Shown: one piece after another, positions 60,871 to 64,000 of the stretch
Layout of the letters: each line of letters begins with the position of its first letter
Numbering within the stretch: the stretch's first letter is position 1
DNA from: Gammaproteobacteria bacterium
GTDB lineage: Bacteria > Pseudomonadota > Gammaproteobacteria > UBA4575
Reading direction: 5' to 3'
NCBI GenBank assembly: GCA_965243395.1
Contig: CBDEUS010000001.1
Location: forward strand, 960,001-1,024,000
DNA length: 64,000 nt
Made by a program: the position numbers and the translations under genes
The notes under the pieces: model-generated
Seen by the model: only the letters and a program-made list of their open reading frames with translations
What the model was told of the DNA's origin: nothing
The model's database searches: none

Positions 60871-61272
60871 ATGAAAGAATCTCCAATTAATTATATTGCT
60901 TTATTGCTTGTAATCATAATTGGAGTTATTGCTGGAAATCTAATTTCTAACTGGATAACAGCTAATTTTATTGAAATTGAAGTTCAAACCACTAATGTCG
61001 AGATCTCTAAAGAAGCTACAAAACAAACTGAAAAAGTAGAACAAAAAGTCAATAAACAACAGGAAACACCAAAAATTCAAGAAATTACTAACCAAGAGTA
61101 TTTAATGAAACAAAGAGAACTGGATGATATTGGCATGCGTCTAGCAAAAAATTGCAGTGAATGGCAAATCGCACATGAAGATATGCAAACACAAACAAGT
61201 GAGAGAGGCATGAAAAAACACTGCGATGAGTATAAAAGCTATATAGAAACAGGCGTACTATCAGATAATTAA
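60871..61272 (+). CDS. Hypothetical protein with N-terminal TM anchor
   Basis: One TM segment, a coiled region and a C-terminal C..W...C pair; AGGA SD. Confidence 0.7.
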   Translation: MKESPINYIALLLVIIIGVIAGNLISNWITANFIEIEVQTTNVEISKEATKQTEKVEQKVNKQQETPKIQEITNQEYLMKQRELDDIGMRLAKNCSEWQIAHEDMQTQTSERGMKKHCDEYKSYIETGVLSDN

Positions 61273-61291
61273 AAATTTCCGATTAGCTTTA

Positions 61292-61573
61292 TTAATCCCC
61301 CGGTTTCCAGATCCCAAAAGCTTCGCCTCTAGGCTGCATAGTTTGTTGACGTTGACGCGTAATGTCATCAAAGACGTATTTTGAAAATGCATTCAGTTCA
61401 TTCATGATTTCATTTTTCTCACCAGTCGGCAAATCATGATTTCCTACAATGAATCCAATTATGGCTGCTAAATATTGCCCCGCTAATAACGGGTTTCTCG
61501 CACGATCATCTTCTTCAACCAATACTTTTTCGATGTTCTCGATGAGTTCTCTTGAGAGTTTTAACTGGTCCAT
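61292..61573 (-). CDS. Hypothetical protein abutting rarA
   Basis: ATG immediately follows the rarA stop; QYLAAI.G and AFGIWKP motifs. Confidence 0.75.
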   Translation of the reverse strand: MDQLKLSRELIENIEKVLVEEDDRARNPLLAGQYLAAIIGFIVGNHDLPTGEKNEIMNELNAFSKYVFDDITRQRQQTMQPRGEAFGIWKPGD

Positions 61574-62914
61574 TTATTCCTCATTTTTTTTTCGTAGTTG
61601 ATCTAAATGCTGTTTAATTTTTAACTCTAAACCCCGGTCTACAGGCTGGTAATATTGCCGCCCTTGCAACTCTTCAGGTAAGTATACTTCTCCAGCTGCA
61701 AAAGCATCTTCTTCATCGTGCGCATATCGATACCCTTCCCCATAGCCGATCTCTTTCATAAACTTAGTAGGCGCATTGCGTAAATGCATGGGGACCTCTA
61801 AAGTGCCAAATTCTCTCGCATCATACATAGCTGTTTTATAGGCAGTATACACAGCATTACTTTTTGGTACACAACTCAGATAAACGATTGCATGAGCTAT
61901 TGCGAGCTCTCCTTCAGGCGAACCTAAACGCTCATAGGTATTCCATGCGTCCAATGTAATTTGCAACCCTCGTGGATCCGCATTACCAATGTCTTCGCTT
62001 GCCATTCGCACTACTCTTCGCGCGATATAATGTGGGTCACAACCTCCATCAATCATACGACAAAACCAATATAGCGCTGCATCAGGATCTGAGCCTCGAA
62101 CTGATTTATGTAAGGCAGAAATTTGATCGTAAAAATACTCACCCTGCTTATCAAATCTGCGCATGGTTTGAGAAGTAACTTCTTGAATAATCTCTTTGGT
62201 AATTACTTTATTTTGAGACTCGCCATCTATTAAATCGACCGCAATTTCCAAGAAATTGAGTGCTCGTCGTGCATCGCCATCAGCAGACAACGCTAATAGC
62301 TCTTTGGCATCATGTTCAATTGAGTCTACTTGTTTAGCTAAACCAGATTTGCTGTCTTGAAAAACATGATCAATACATTCTTGAATATCTTCTATTGTTA
62401 AGCGTTTTAAAATGTAAGTACGAGCTCTTGACAACAATGCATTGTTCAATTCAAAAGAAGGATTTTCAGTTGTTGCTCCAATAAAATATATCGTGCCATC
62501 TTCAATATGTGGCAAAAACGCATCTTGCTGAGATTTATTAAACCGATGTACTTCATCTACAAATAAAACTGTTTGAGCCTGATGACCTTGGTTATATACT
62601 TTTGCTTGATCGATTGCTTGGCGAATTTCTTTTACACCAGATAACACGGCTGAGATCGGTATAAACTGCGCTTCAGAAGTTTTAGAAATAATACGTGCTA
62701 AAGTGGTTTTGCCTGTGCCCGGTGGCCCCCAGAAAATCATTGAATGTAACTTCCCTTGCTCAATAGCCACTCTTAAAGGTTTGTCTTTGGCCAGTAAATG
62801 GCTTTGTCCAACAAATGAATCTAATGTTTGTGGGCGCATCCTATCCGCAAGCGGACGATAATGATTATCTACTTGTTCGAATAAGTCAGGTGAGTTTAGT
62901 ACTGAATTAGAAAT
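61574..62914 (-). CDS. rarA: Replication-associated recombination protein A (probable ATT start)
   Basis: PLADRMRP, WGPPGTGKTT, DEVHRFNK, ISALHKSVRGSD and HLRNAPT; frame is open 25 codons upstream of the tracked ATG (62839). Confidence 0.93.
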   Translation of the reverse strand: MSNSVLNSPDLFEQVDNHYRPLADRMRPQTLDSFVGQSHLLAKDKPLRVAIEQGKLHSMIFWGPPGTGKTTLARIISKTSEAQFIPISAVLSGVKEIRQAIDQAKVYNQGHQAQTVLFVDEVHRFNKSQQDAFLPHIEDGTIYFIGATTENPSFELNNALLSRARTYILKRLTIEDIQECIDHVFQDSKSGLAKQVDSIEHDAKELLALSADGDARRALNFLEIAVDLIDGESQNKVITKEIIQEVTSQTMRRFDKQGEYFYDQISALHKSVRGSDPDAALYWFCRMIDGGCDPHYIARRVVRMASEDIGNADPRGLQITLDAWNTYERLGSPEGELAIAHAIVYLSCVPKSNAVYTAYKTAMYDAREFGTLEVPMHLRNAPTKFMKEIGYGEGYRYAHDEEDAFAAGEVYLPEELQGRQYYQPVDRGLELKIKQHLDQLRKKNEE

Positions 62915-62984
62915 TTTGTATTCCTAGAGTAAGTGCATCTAGGTAATTATTATATATTTTAATCGTGAATGACTAGGCTTTTAG

Positions 62985-63608
62985 TTATTCCGCGCCTGGA
63001 TAGCCTACAACATCAACACCTTCTGCCGCTACAAACTTAAACTGATCAGCAGAAAATGAGATATTCGTTTGCAAATCTAAAAACTCAATTACGGTTTTTT
63101 GCGAAAAATGATCATGTAATTCCATTTTCTTAACACCGTTATTATCTAGTCCAATTTGAATTTTATGAAACTCGGTATCTTGAACTAAAGGTGTAAGCTC
63201 TACCCAATCTAAATTTTCTCGATTACCACCCTCAATAATTTCAAAGTCTTCTGCAAGCGGACGAATATCCGTTAATAACATAATCGGTGCATTACCTAAT
63301 GCAGAATCAATTGGCTTGGCACTAGCTTGAAGTAATTCTTCATCATATATCCATAGGTATTCACCATCTGCCAAAATTAATTGCGGATACGGTTGTGTAT
63401 ATTGCCACCGGAAGCGTCCTGGTTTGTGCAGTGCAACATCTCCTTGTGACTCCTGCATAACTTCACCATTTTCATCATACACAACCTGTGAAAATTGCCC
63501 TTTAAAGGAATTAACTTCTGCAAAGAATTTATCCAGACGCTGAATAGCATCACTACCAAAAACAGGTAACGAAAAAAATAAGAGTACTAAAAGCAATCCA
63601 TGTTTCAT
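62985..63608 (-). CDS. lolA: Outer-membrane lipoprotein chaperone
   Basis: Signal peptide, F.Q.V, KPGRFRW and DGEYLW.YD; lies between ftsK and rarA. Confidence 0.93.
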   Translation of the reverse strand: MKHGLLLVLLFFSLPVFGSDAIQRLDKFFAEVNSFKGQFSQVVYDENGEVMQESQGDVALHKPGRFRWQYTQPYPQLILADGEYLWIYDEELLQASAKPIDSALGNAPIMLLTDIRPLAEDFEIIEGGNRENLDWVELTPLVQDTEFHKIQIGLDNNGVKKMELHDHFSQKTVIEFLDLQTNISFSADQFKFVAAEGVDVVGYPGAE

Positions 63609-63737
63609 GATGAATGTTAGAGATATTTCTCTATTGTAGATTTATATCCAATTTACTTGATTATGCTAATTAGACCAGAATCTGATACAAATGATTCAGT
63701 AAATCAATAAAAAACTAATGAAGAAATAATGAACTAT

Positions 63738-64000
63738 TTAAACGGGTACTGGAGGTGGCGCTATCACTTCGCGCGTTCCGTTTGACTGAACGCCACTCAC
63801 CACACCGCTTGCTTCCATTTCTTCAATCATTCGAGCGGCACGGTTATAGCCCACTTTTAGGCGTCTTTGCACATAGGAAATAGAAGCTTTTCTTGTCTCT
63901 GTGACGATCGCTACTGCTTCATCATAGAGTGGGTCCATATCGTCTTGATCTCTAATATCCAACGGTTCTAAACCTGGAATAGCATCTCCGCCATTAATCG
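63738..64000 (-). CDS. ftsK: DNA translocase FtsK, C-terminal gamma domain (cut by the window edge)
   Basis: DPLYDEAV...[25 protein letters not shown]. Confidence 0.93.
   Translation of the reverse strand, partial: INGGDAIPGLEPLDIRDQDDMDPLYDEAVAIVTETRKASISYVQRRLKVGYNRAARMIEEMEASGVVSGVQSNGTREVIAPPPVPV

Overview
AT-rich gammaproteobacterial chromosome segment with no integrase, transposase, phage genes or CRISPR array. The core backbone is dusA/M17 peptidase/yadGH, fur, uvrC-pgsA-tRNA-Gly, rne-rluC-S49-maf-yceD-rpmF-plsX-fabH, yccA/tRNA-Ser/yajQ and ftsK-lolA-rarA...crcB-serS. Two normally contiguous operons are each split by a ~13-kb accessory block. (1) Between tRNA-Gly and tRNA-Cys/Leu: MarR, IorAB-XdhC-MocA, two photolyases, a DnaQ/GIY-YIG nuclease with a QLSLF motif, and a globin. 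(2) Between rarA and crcB: glcDEF, a CPA2 antiporter, an amide-type ABC importer, an amidase and an alpha-hydroxy-acid oxidase, together a candidate alpha-hydroxyamide utilisation module. Signals missing from the ORF track: two candidate sRNAs, five CRP-family class-II-like promoters, an uncalled 52-aa ORF, a pair of paralogous small Arg-motif proteins, and a probable ATT start codon for rarA. All calls were made by eye from motifs and recalled family knowledge; no searches were run.
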